NCBI GenBank assembly: GCA_035509895.1 | Contig: DATKIA010000023.1 | Coordinates: 7 to 64,006, forward strand | Reading direction: 5' to 3' | Origin: Solirubrobacterales bacterium | GTDB taxonomy: Bacteria > Actinomycetota > Thermoleophilia > Solirubrobacterales > 70-9 | DNA length: 64,000 bases | In this document: positions 28,900-37,235 of the stretch, piece after piece | Numbering within the stretch: the stretch's first letter is position 1 | How the letters are laid out: every line of letters begins with the position of its first letter | Made by a program: the position numbers and the translations under genes | Notes under the pieces: generated by a model | The model's input: the letters and a program-made list of their open reading frames with translations, nothing else | Told to the model about the DNA's origin: nothing | The model's database searches: none

Positions 28900-29763
28900 C
28901 TAGAAAGCGAAGATGGCGAGTGAGACGAGGCCGGCGACGATGCAGTAGATCCCGAACGGGGTCAGCCGGTTGGTCTCGAAGAAACGCAGCAGGAACTTGA
29001 CCGCGAGCCAAGTGGTCGCGGCCGCGACCAGCGCGGCAACCAGGGCCTGGCCGCGGACGCCGTCGCCGGCCGAGCCGAGCAGGTCGGGCAGCTTCAGGAA
29101 GCCGGCGGCGGCGATGATCGGGGTCGCCAGCAGGAAGGCGTAGCGGGCAGCGTCCTCGTTCGAGAGCCCGGTCATCAGCCCCCCTCCCATCGTGATCCCC
29201 GAGCGCGAGATGCCAGGGATCAGCGCCGCCGCCTGGGCGGCGCCGATCGCCAGCGCCTGTTTGAAGCTCATCCGGGCGATGCGGGCGTCGCCGTCGCCTT
29301 CCCAGTCGCCGGCACGTGGCCGGCGCCGGCGCAGGCTCTCGAAGGCGAGCAGCAGCAAGCCGTTGACGGTGAGGAAGATCGCCGCCGAGGTCGGCGAGGC
29401 GAAGAGGTCGCGCAGCTTGTGCTCGAGCGCGAGGCCGAGGATCCCGGCCGGGATCGTCCCGATCACGATCACCCAGCCGAGCCGGGCGTCGGCGTCGTCG
29501 GGGCCGGCGCGTCCGCGCAGCGAGCGGCCGAGCCCCCGCAGGATCCGCTTCCAGTCGTCGAGAAAGAAAAAGAAGAGGACGATCGCCGTTGCGCAGTGGG
29601 TGGCGACGAGGAAGGCGAGGAAGAATTCGTCGTTCTGGTGGATGTCCCAGCCGAACAGCGACGGCGCGATCACCGCGTGGCCGAGGCTGGAGATCGGAAA
29701 CGGCTCCGCGATCCCCTGCAGGGCGCCGAGGACGATGGCCTGGAAATAGGAGATCGGTTCCAG
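28900..29763 (-). CDS. uppP: Undecaprenyl-diphosphate phosphatase (UppP/BacA), apparently CTG-initiated
   Basis: The ORF-track call starts at GTG 29673, but the family's catalytic N-terminal motif (QGIAEPFPISSLGHAV) is encoded in-frame upstream. The frame is closed by TAG at 29775-29773. The only plausible initiator is CTG 29763. GISRSG is also present. Confidence 0.75.
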   Translation of the reverse strand: MEPISYFQAIVLGALQGIAEPFPISSLGHAVIAPSLFGWDIHQNDEFFLAFLVATHCATAIVLFFFFLDDWKRILRGLGRSLRGRAGPDDADARLGWVIVIGTIPAGILGLALEHKLRDLFASPTSAAIFLTVNGLLLLAFESLRRRRPRAGDWEGDGDARIARMSFKQALAIGAAQAAALIPGISRSGITMGGGLMTGLSNEDAARYAFLLATPIIAAAGFLKLPDLLGSAGDGVRGQALVAALVAAATTWLAVKFLLRFFETNRLTPFGIYCIVAGLVSLAIFAF

Positions 29764-29809
29764 GCGCCGACCCTATGCGGGCTTTCTAAAGTCCTGCTGA
29801 GGAGGTTAT

Positions 29810-31063
29810 TTAGAGTCCCGCGGGGTGTCTCGCGACGAAACCTTCGGGCGAGTCGACCCAGGGGTTGTGCCAGCGCGGGCCGGGGCCGCCGACGGTGTCG
29901 AAGGCGATGCCGGCGATCACCATCCAGGCGTGTTCGGCATTGGCGTAGACCGTGATCCACTTGCCGGCGCCCGGTTCGCCCCAGGTCTCCAGCCCGGTCG
30001 AGTCGAGCGGGCTTTCGAGCAGCCCGGCACCGTGCAGGGCAAAGCTGACCGCGCCCGAGCAGTCATAGCCGGACGATTCGAAGGAACCGTGGCCACCGCC
30101 CCAGATGTAAGGCGTCATCGCGATCGCGTTGCCGGCCGAGATCGCGTCGATGACCGCCTGCGGCGCCGAGGACGGCGCGCTGGCCTGGCTTTCGTTCAGC
30201 ACCTGCGCTTCTTCGCCGGGGTTGAGCGGCGGCGGCACCTGCGCGGTCGGGACGCCGCTGGTCCCGCCTTCGGAGGCAATCTGGTTGGAGATCGAGGAGA
30301 GGTTGCTGCTCAGCGCTTCTTCGCGGCTTTCGAGCGATTCCATCGCTTCGCGGCGCTCGTGCTGGGCGGCCTGCAGTTCGACGAAGCGCGATTCCGCTTC
30401 GGCGGTGGCGGCGGCGACTTCCTGCTCGAGGGCGGCAACCGAGTCGCGCGCCGCTTCGACCTGGTCGCGGTGCTCGGTCAGCTGGCCGACGGCTTTCGTC
30501 ACCTCGTCGCGCAGCGTCTTCACCCGCTCGACGACCGAGTCGTCATAGCTCTGGATACGGCTGAGGTATTCGGTCTGCGCCGCCATCTGGTTCCAATCTT
30601 CGGATTCGAGGATCGCGTTGACCAGGTCGGGCGAGCCCGCCTCGTAGATCGCGACCAGGCGTTCGCGGAGCAGGCCGAGGGCGCGGCCGAGCTGCTCCCG
30701 CACCCGTTCGAGGTGGGCTTCTTCGGCTTCCAGCGCCTTCGTCGCGGCCTCGAGCTGGGCCTGCTTTTCGGCCAGTTCGGCCTCGACCACGGCCCGCTTC
30801 TGGCGCAGCGCCGAGACTTCGCCGATCATCGAGTCGATCGCCGCATTCTGTTCGGCGATCGTTTCCGCCAGCGCCGCCGAGTTGGCCTGCACCCCTTCGA
30901 GCTTGTCGCGGGTCGATTCGAGTTCTTCCTGCGGGGTCTCCGCCGGAGCGTTCCCGGCAAGCGAGATCGAGAGGACGCTGAGGGCCGCCAGCAGCAGCGC
31001 CGCGAACAGCAGTGCCCGGCGCCGGATCGCGCCTGAGTTGGTGTCTGGGAAGTCGGCCCGCAT
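29810..31063 (-). CDS. Secreted coiled-coil NlpC/P60 (C40) peptidoglycan endopeptidase
   Basis: Signal/TM segment (ALLFAALLLAALSVLSISLAG), a long coiled coil, and a C-terminal PYIWGGGH...GYDCSGAVSFALH catalytic-Cys motif. Confidence 0.8.
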   Translation of the reverse strand: MRADFPDTNSGAIRRRALLFAALLLAALSVLSISLAGNAPAETPQEELESTRDKLEGVQANSAALAETIAEQNAAIDSMIGEVSALRQKRAVVEAELAEKQAQLEAATKALEAEEAHLERVREQLGRALGLLRERLVAIYEAGSPDLVNAILESEDWNQMAAQTEYLSRIQSYDDSVVERVKTLRDEVTKAVGQLTEHRDQVEAARDSVAALEQEVAAATAEAESRFVELQAAQHERREAMESLESREEALSSNLSSISNQIASEGGTSGVPTAQVPPPLNPGEEAQVLNESQASAPSSAPQAVIDAISAGNAIAMTPYIWGGGHGSFESSGYDCSGAVSFALHGAGLLESPLDSTGLETWGEPGAGKWITVYANAEHAWMVIAGIAFDTVGGPGPRWHNPWVDSPEGFVARHPAGL

Positions 31064-31164
31064 CGTTTAGCCGCCGACCCGCGCACGGATCAGGCAGTGG
31101 ACGGGCAGGCTAGCGAAGTCGCCGAATAATTGTTAGGAGTTGCTAATAACCTGCAACTTCCCTT

Positions 31165-31190
31165 GCAAATCGGCCCCTTTTCAGGGGCCG
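31165..31190 (-). terminator. Putative intrinsic terminator after the PLDc_N/SHOCT gene
   Basis: On the minus strand this reads CGGCCCC-TGAAAA-GGGGCCG followed by ATTTG. It lies about 80 nt downstream of the stop at 31267. Confidence 0.4.
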
Positions 31191-31266
31191 AGAAGGACTT
31201 CGATTGGCTTCGTTGACGGCCCGGTCTCCCCCATCACAGGCGGGAAACCGGGCTGTCGGGCGGCGT

Positions 31267-31659
31267 CTAGGCGAGCAGTTTCGCCTTCGCCTTCTCGAAC
31301 TCGTCGGCCGAGAGCGCGCCCTTTTCCTTCAGGTCGTTCAGTTTGTGCAGTTCGTCGGCGGGGCTGGCGGCGTGGGCCTGCTGGCGGACGTAGGAATCGA
31401 AATGCTGTTTGGCCTCCGCCTGGGCCTTGATCGTGCGGTCACGCATGCCCTGGCCGCGAGCGATCAGATAGACCAGCGCCGTCAGGAACGGGATAAAGAC
31501 GAGGAACAGCACCCAAACCGCCTTCCACCATCCGGACAGTTCGTGATCGCGGAAGAGGTCGGTGAGGATCGTGATCAGGATCCAGATCCAGATCACGAAG
31601 AAGAAGATCTCGAGTGCGATGAGGAGCAGTTCCCCAAAGCTGATGTCTGCGAGCGGCAC
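31267..31659 (-). CDS. PLD-nuclease-N-terminal (PLDc_N) membrane domain + SHOCT domain protein
   Basis: 130-aa ORF with two TM helices carrying the W-rich motif (FFFVIWIWILITILTDLF...WKAVWVLFLVFIPFLTALVYL). The C-terminal SHOCT motif is LNDLKEKGALSADEFEKAKAKLL. Confidence 0.75.
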   Translation of the reverse strand: MPLADISFGELLLIALEIFFFVIWIWILITILTDLFRDHELSGWWKAVWVLFLVFIPFLTALVYLIARGQGMRDRTIKAQAEAKQHFDSYVRQQAHAASPADELHKLNDLKEKGALSADEFEKAKAKLLA

Positions 31660-31723
31660 TAGGCAGTTCCTTTCGATCAGGGCAGGCTGGTGGACGAAGC
31701 GCGGCCGTGGTTAGACCCGAACG

Positions 31724-32470
31724 CTATCCGGCTCCGAGCCTCATCGCAAACAGGGTGACCGCGACCGAGGTCGCGAGGTTGAGGCTGGAGACCCCCTCCC
31801 GCATCGGGATCGCGACGCGGGCGTCGGCCCGTTCGAGCAGGCCGCCGGTGAGGCCGTGGCGCTCGGTGCCAAAGGCGAGGACGGCGCGCGGCGGCACCTG
31901 GCCGGGATGCAGATCGTCCCCCTCGGGATCGACGGCGAGCAGCGGCCGGCCGCTGGCCGGCAGCTCGTCGATCGCCGTCACCGGCAGCGCGAAGTGGAGC
32001 CCTGCGGCACCGCGGACCGCATCCGGGTACCAGGGGTCGTGCTCGCCGGTGGTCAGCAGCGCCGCCGCGTCGGCCGCGGCGGCGACCCGGACGCAGGCGC
32101 CGATGTTGCCCATGTTGCGCGGGTCCTCGAGCAGGACCACCGGTGCCAGGCCGGGGTTGGCGAGCGTTGCCGCCAGGTCGACGGCCGGCCGGCGGGCGAT
32201 CGCGACGATCCCGGTGCGCGGCACCAGCGGCACCATCCGCGCCAGCGTCTCGGCGTCGATCGTCGCGACCCGGTCGGCACCGAGGCGGCCGGCTAGGTCG
32301 GGGGCCAGCTCGGCCGCCAGCTCCTCGATCGCCGCCGGGTCGACCGCGTAGGCCTCGACCAGGTCGGCGCCGAAGCGGAGCGCGTGCTTGAGCGCGTGGA
32401 AGCCCTCGACCACGACCAGGTCGGGCTGGCGCCGGGCACGGCGGAAGCGGTGGATCAGCTCGTCGCCCAC
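31724..32470 (-). CDS. TrmH/SpoU-family RNA 2'-O-methyltransferase
   Basis: Coding part of ORF 31724..32812. The start is GTG 32470, just after the GGDEF gene stop. SpoU motifs are LLEDPRNMGNIGACVR, AFGTERHGL and IPMREGVSSLNLATSVAV. Confidence 0.8.
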   Translation of the reverse strand: MGDELIHRFRRARRQPDLVVVEGFHALKHALRFGADLVEAYAVDPAAIEELAAELAPDLAGRLGADRVATIDAETLARMVPLVPRTGIVAIARRPAVDLAATLANPGLAPVVLLEDPRNMGNIGACVRVAAAADAAALLTTGEHDPWYPDAVRGAAGLHFALPVTAIDELPASGRPLLAVDPEGDDLHPGQVPPRAVLAFGTERHGLTGGLLERADARVAIPMREGVSSLNLATSVAVTLFAMRLGAG

Positions 32471-32495
32471 CGCGCCATCATGCCTCAGAGAGAGC

Positions 32496-33881
32496 TCAGA
32501 CGGACTCGGGGACCGGCACCGCGACGAGCAGGTCGCGACCGGATTCCTTCGCTTCGTAGAGAGCGGCGTCAGCGCGACTGAGCAGTGCGTCAACCGACTC
32601 GGCGAAGTCCCACTGGGCGAGACCGGCGGAGCAGGTCTGCCCTCCCGGGGTGACGCCCCGCAGGCGCTCGACGATCTCTGCCGCCTGGTCGAGCGGGCAA
32701 TCGGGAAGGACGACGAGGAACTCCTCACCGCCGAAGCGGACGATCGTGTCTTCGCCGCGCAGCTCCGAGACCCAGGCGATCGCGCACTCGCGCAGCACTT
32801 CGTCGCCGGCAAGGTGGCCGTGGCCGTCGTTGTAGGCCTTGAAGTGGTCGATGTCGATCAGCGCCAGGCAGAGCGGCGACTCGCCGCGGCGCGCCCGCGC
32901 CATCTCACCTGGCAGCGCTTCGTCGAGTGCCCGCCGGTTCGGCAGGCCGGTGAGGACGTCGCGGCGGGCAGCGTCCTCGACCTCGGCCAGCAGCTCCTCG
33001 CGCTCCGATGCGATCCGTTTGAGCTCGGTGACGTCGGTCGAGCGGGCATAGATCAGGCCCTCGTCGGGCGCCAGGGTCGAACTCGACCGCAGCCAGTGCC
33101 AGCTGCCGTCCTTCGCCTGCACCCGCGTCTCCAGCATGCTCGGCCCGCCGCCGTCGAACAGCCGCATCATCGCCTCACGAGCGGCCTCATGGTCCTCCGG
33201 GTGGGTGAAGTCGAGCAGCCGTTTGCCGCGCATCTCCTCCGGCCCGTAGCCGAGCACCGCCTCCCAGGCGCCGTTGGCCTCGACGCAGCGGCCGTTCGGG
33301 TCGAGCGTGCAAAGCATGTCCTGGGAAAGATCGAAGAAGCGCCGGGCGCGAACGTCGGCCCGATCACGCGAGGCGACGATCGAGCTGATCAAGGCGACGA
33401 CGACGCTGAGCGAGATCGCCGAGAACAGCCACCGCGTCAGCGGCGAGTAGCCGGCCGTGCTTTCGACCAGGCTCAGTGAGATCGCGTAGGTCAGCAGCAG
33501 CCAGGCGAGGTAGGCGAAGGCGATCCGTCGCGGGAAGAAGTAGGCGGTGATCAGCAGCGCCCAGACGTAGATCGTTCCGTACTGGCCCGCGGCGATGCCG
33601 CTCTCGGCGATCAGCACCGCGGTGACGGCGATTACGCCGGCGAGCGCGGCGTAGGTCAGGGGTAGCGGTGCCCGGCGCGAGAGGCCGAAGTAGATCGCAC
33701 CGAAGACGAGCATCGCCGCGGCGGTGGCGATCAACGCCGCGGTGTCGGCGCCGTCGGGATGCGGCAGAACCAGTGAGAGGGCGACGAGCCCGGCGCCGGC
33801 CATCCAGAGGGCGCCGGTGGCGCGCGCCTCGGAGCGGCCCGGCGGCCTGATCGCTTCCCGTGTCCTCTCCGGGTTTCTCAT
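32496..33881 (-). CDS. Membrane-anchored PAS-GGDEF diguanylate cyclase
   Basis: About 5 N-terminal TM helices, a PAS domain (LCTLDPNGRCVEANGAWEAVLGYGPEEM...) and a GGDEF domain with intact GGEEF (RFGGEEFLVV). Confidence 0.88.
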   Translation of the reverse strand: MRNPERTREAIRPPGRSEARATGALWMAGAGLVALSLVLPHPDGADTAALIATAAAMLVFGAIYFGLSRRAPLPLTYAALAGVIAVTAVLIAESGIAAGQYGTIYVWALLITAYFFPRRIAFAYLAWLLLTYAISLSLVESTAGYSPLTRWLFSAISLSVVVALISSIVASRDRADVRARRFFDLSQDMLCTLDPNGRCVEANGAWEAVLGYGPEEMRGKRLLDFTHPEDHEAAREAMMRLFDGGGPSMLETRVQAKDGSWHWLRSSSTLAPDEGLIYARSTDVTELKRIASEREELLAEVEDAARRDVLTGLPNRRALDEALPGEMARARRGESPLCLALIDIDHFKAYNDGHGHLAGDEVLRECAIAWVSELRGEDTIVRFGGEEFLVVLPDCPLDQAAEIVERLRGVTPGGQTCSAGLAQWDFAESVDALLSRADAALYEAKESGRDLLVAVPVPESV

Positions 33882-33914
33882 TCCCGGAAAGCATCGGCGC
33901 AGGGGGATCTTCCT

Positions 33915-35483
33915 TTAGTTCTCGACCACTTGAAATTGGCTCATCAAACCGTGGTCCTCGTGGTCCAGCATGTGGCAGTGGACGACGAATTTCCCGGTGT
34001 AGTCGGAGAAGTGACCGGCAAGGAGAATTTTTTCGTTGGGGAAGACGAAGAAGGTGTCCTTGAGGCAATTTTCCCAGGGCGGCGGCTCCCGCCCTTCGCG
34101 CTCGAGCAGGTACCAGTCGGTGTGGTGCAGGTGCATCACGTGGGCGACACTGGTGCGATTGTGGAACTCCCAAGTGACGGTCGAGCCGAGCTCCACGCGG
34201 GCCTCGGCGTAGGCCGGGTTGAACGTCCGGCCGTTGATCTCCCAGGTGGTCTTGAACAGGCCGCCGACCGTGATCACCCACCGGTGGTCGGGCTTGCGGC
34301 TGACTTTGCGCGTCCACTCCGGCAGCGGCCGCAGCTTGCGCGGGACGCGGGTGCGGTCCGCCAGGCGCTCGCTGCCGACCCGGAACTGCATCAGGGCGCC
34401 GCCGTAGGTGTGGGCGCCGTCGCTGTTGCGGCCGGGATGGCGCTTGGCGCTGCGCAGCTCGACGCTCTCGCCGCGCATCGGCGCGAAGTCGACGATCACC
34501 TCCGCCCGCTCGGCCGGCCCGAGCATGATTTCGGTGCGGCGCACCGGCTGCGGCATCAGGCCGCTGTCGGTCGCGATCTGGACCATCGGCGCCCCGTTGG
34601 AGAGCTGCAGGTTGTAGCTGAGGAACTGGGAGACGTTGAGGATCCGCAGCCGGTAGCGGCGGGCACCGACCCGGTGGTGCGGCATGAAGGCGCCGTTGAC
34701 GAGGATGCGGTCGCCGACGATGCCGTCGGCGGGCGGGCGCAGCTCACGGCGGTAGGGGTCGGTGAGCTGGTTGTGGCGATCGAAGCTGCGGTCGCCGATC
34801 ATCAGCGCGACGTCGCGCTCACCGCGGGGCAGCGGCAGCGAGGCGTCGAACTCGTCGTCGACGATCCACATCCCCGCCAGCCCCTTCCAGGTGTGCTCGG
34901 CCGTGCGGTCGAGGCGGTGGTCGTGGTACCACTGGAAAGCGGCCCGTTCCGGCTCGCCGGCCTCGCGCAGGTCGTAGACGTAGGTCTTTCGCTGACCGGG
35001 CGCCAGCAGTAGGTCGTTGCCCGACTCCCGGGCCGAGAGCCCGCGCGGGATCTGGCAGTACCAGGACGCCGGCTGGGACTTGGTCAGGCCGCCCGGCTGG
35101 CCGTCGAACTGGGTCCGGTTGTGGCCGCCGTGGAGATGGACGGAGAGCTCGCCGGCCGCCGCCGGCAGCTGGTGCTCGAAGGTGACCCTGGTTCGCTGCC
35201 CCGCCCAGCGGCGCACGGTCGGTCCCGGGAAGCTGCCGCCGTAAGTCCAGAGCTTGGTCTTGCGGCCGGGCAGGATCTGCAGTTCAGCTGCGCGGATCGG
35301 GATCCGGATCCCGGCCTCGGTCAGCTCCGGCGGGATCGGCAGCTGGGCCCAGAACGGCACCGCGGCGTCCGCCGCCGACGGCTCGCTGGAAAGCGGCAGC
35401 AGACCGCCGCCCTGGCCCCGCAGCGGCAGCAGGACCGCGAGAGCGCCCCCGCCGAGGGCGCCGAGGAAGGCTCGGCGCCCCAG
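33915..35483 (-). CDS. Multicopper oxidase with twin-arginine signal, apparently CTG-initiated
   Basis: Copper motifs HLHGGH, WYHDH and HCHMLDHEDHGLM. The Tat signal (L)GRRAFLGALGGGALAVLLPL is encoded in-frame upstream of the first canonical start (GTG 35360). No ATG/GTG/TTG is available, so CTG 35483 is proposed. Confidence 0.75.
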   Translation of the reverse strand: MGRRAFLGALGGGALAVLLPLRGQGGGLLPLSSEPSAADAAVPFWAQLPIPPELTEAGIRIPIRAAELQILPGRKTKLWTYGGSFPGPTVRRWAGQRTRVTFEHQLPAAAGELSVHLHGGHNRTQFDGQPGGLTKSQPASWYCQIPRGLSARESGNDLLLAPGQRKTYVYDLREAGEPERAAFQWYHDHRLDRTAEHTWKGLAGMWIVDDEFDASLPLPRGERDVALMIGDRSFDRHNQLTDPYRRELRPPADGIVGDRILVNGAFMPHHRVGARRYRLRILNVSQFLSYNLQLSNGAPMVQIATDSGLMPQPVRRTEIMLGPAERAEVIVDFAPMRGESVELRSAKRHPGRNSDGAHTYGGALMQFRVGSERLADRTRVPRKLRPLPEWTRKVSRKPDHRWVITVGGLFKTTWEINGRTFNPAYAEARVELGSTVTWEFHNRTSVAHVMHLHHTDWYLLEREGREPPPWENCLKDTFFVFPNEKILLAGHFSDYTGKFVVHCHMLDHEDHGLMSQFQVVEN

Positions 35484-35517
35484 GCGTGGCGAGGATGAGT
35501 GCTGACCAGACGTCTGC

Positions 35518-36090
35518 CTAGCTGCCCGCCAGCACCGTCACCTTGCCGTGCATCCAGGGATGGACGGCGCAGATGAAGTAGAGGTCACCCGGCTTGGCGG
35601 TCACTTCCTGGCCGAACGCCTCGCCCTTCTTTTCGGTGAACCAGGAATCGCCCTTCTTCGAGGTCGAACCGGCGGTGCTCCAGCCTTCAGGACCGGCTTT
35701 GGCGGGGTTGATGCTGATTTTTTCCGTTTTCGGGTCGAACCCGTGCCACTGGGCGACCGAGAGGCAGATGTGTTTCGGCGTGAAGCAGCTCTTCCGCGCG
35801 CTCTTGGTCAGCGGCACCGAGCCCTTGGTGACCAGCGAGAAGGTGTGCGGGCCGACCTTTTTCGGGTTCGTTTCGTTGACGATTTCGAGCTGGTCGCCCT
35901 GGGTGACCGTCGACGGGAAGACGAACTTGAGCTTGCCGCCCGTTTCCTCGATCGAGATCTGATCGGTGACGCCGGTCAGCGTCGTCGCGCCCGCGAGCGA
36001 GGAGGCGAAGATGGTGAGACCGATTGCGGCTACCGGGACCGAGATGGCGAGCGCCCGGAGCGCGCCTGAACGAGAGATGAAGTTGCGCAA
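35518..36090 (-). CDS. Cupredoxin (plastocyanin/azurin-like blue copper protein)
   Basis: Signal peptide plus the C-terminal type-1 Cu site YFICAVHPWMHGKV (C-x2-H-x3-M). It lies immediately upstream of the multicopper oxidase on the same strand. Confidence 0.75.
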   Translation of the reverse strand: MRNFISRSGALRALAISVPVAAIGLTIFASSLAGATTLTGVTDQISIEETGGKLKFVFPSTVTQGDQLEIVNETNPKKVGPHTFSLVTKGSVPLTKSARKSCFTPKHICLSVAQWHGFDPKTEKISINPAKAGPEGWSTAGSTSKKGDSWFTEKKGEAFGQEVTAKPGDLYFICAVHPWMHGKVTVLAGS

Positions 36091-36219
36091 AAGTTGCCTT
36101 TCTGGCTTCGATTACTTACCGGATGAGGACGAGTTCATTGCAACTTAGTGAAAGAACTGTGACCAGCGCAAGCCCAGTTTTTCGGGAGTTCCCGCGGCGG
36201 CGATAGCCTTGGGCTCGAC

Positions 36220-36606
36220 GTGGCCACCTATCTCCACACCTGCTACCGGATCGGTGAGATCGAGCGCTCGGTCGCCTTCTACGAGAAGCTCGGCTTCGAA
36301 GAGGTGCGACGGATGCCGATCGGGGACGAGGCGATCAACGTCTTCATGGGCCTGCCCGGCGACGAACCGCGGCTGGAGCTGACCCACAACTTCGGCGTCG
36401 ACTCCTACGACCACGGCACCGGCTACAACCACATCGCGATCGGCGTCGACGACCTCGACGCCACCCTCGAGCGCCTCGCCGCCGAGGGCATCGAGCCCGA
36501 AAAGCCGCCCTACCGTCCCGGCGGCCGCAGCGAGGGCCCGCGGATCTGCTTCGTCCGCGACCCCGACGGCTACCGCGTCGAGCTGATCGAGCTCGGAACG
36601 CTGTAG
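36220..36606 (+). CDS. gloA: Lactoylglutathione lyase / VOC-family glyoxalase I
   Basis: 128-aa ORF with LHTCYRIGEIERSVAFYEKLGF...ELTHNFG...GYNHIAIGVDD...FVRDPDGYRVELIE. Confidence 0.85.
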   Translation: MATYLHTCYRIGEIERSVAFYEKLGFEEVRRMPIGDEAINVFMGLPGDEPRLELTHNFGVDSYDHGTGYNHIAIGVDDLDATLERLAAEGIEPEKPPYRPGGRSEGPRICFVRDPDGYRVELIELGTL

Positions 36607-36618
36607 GCGGCGGCCTCC

Positions 36619-36882
36619 GTGGAGCTGTTCGCGGCCTCGACGGGCGTCGCAGTCGCCTACGGCATCGCCCTCTGGGCCGTGCTGGTAATCGTGCCGTCGA
36701 CGATCACGGCGCTGAAGGGTCAATGGCTCCTGTTCGTCGCCGGCTGGCTGACGCTGGGAATCGTCTGGTGGATAGCGGCCGTACGCCTGGCCCGCCCTGG
36801 CTCTTGGTTGGACCGCCGCCGCTACGGGCCCGAGAAGCGCCAGCGGGCCCAGCAGCGCTACGACAATTCCACGCGTGGTTGA
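36619..36882 (+). CDS. Small membrane protein, hypothetical
   Basis: 87-aa ORF with a GTG start, two or three TM helices and a basic tail. No recognisable family. Confidence 0.45.
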   Translation: MELFAASTGVAVAYGIALWAVLVIVPSTITALKGQWLLFVAGWLTLGIVWWIAAVRLARPGSWLDRRRYGPEKRQRAQQRYDNSTRG

Positions 36883-36952
36883 GATTTCAGCCGCTATACG
36901 TCTGGAACCTCAACCACACCGGCCAGCTCGAGCGGCTGCGGGAACTCGTCGA

Positions 36953-37231
36953 TCACGTGGTCGGGAACGGCTCGATCGCCTCCATCTGCTCGACGTAGAC
37001 GCGGTGGAAGACCGCCTCGATCCGCTCGTAGACGTCGTCATCGCCCGCGGCGATCTCCGCGAAGGCCTCCTGGCCGCGGACCTGGACGATCCGCTCGACG
37101 TCCTCGTGCGCGGTCGGGAACGGGCTGCCAAGCACCTCCCGCGTCGTCTCCTGGAAGCTGGCGACGAGGACCCGCTTGGAGTCGACCAGGGTCCCGTCCC
37201 AGTCGAAGACGACCGCCTCGATCGCGCTCAA
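36953..37231 (-). pseudogene. HAD-superfamily hydrolase remnant (motif I only)
   Basis: TTG 37231 gives MSAIEAVVFDWDGTLVDS (HAD motif I) plus a cap-like region. The frame stops after about 92 aa. A further homologous-looking 24 codons (DHVIDEFPQPLELAGVVEV) sit in the -1 frame, and motifs II-IV are absent. The Lys/Arg-rich N-terminal extension in the ORF track is antisense to the PBP tail. Confidence 0.5.
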
Positions 37232-37235
37232 CGCT

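Noticed and set aside
31064-31165. Possible ydaO (c-di-AMP) riboswitch in the leader of the NlpC/P60 gene, as is common upstream of actinobacterial cell-wall hydrolases
   Set aside because: The roughly 100-nt leader lacks the conserved ACGGGGA/CCCGCC-type blocks I would expect and is too short for the pseudo-twofold ydaO fold. An Rfam scan would settle it.
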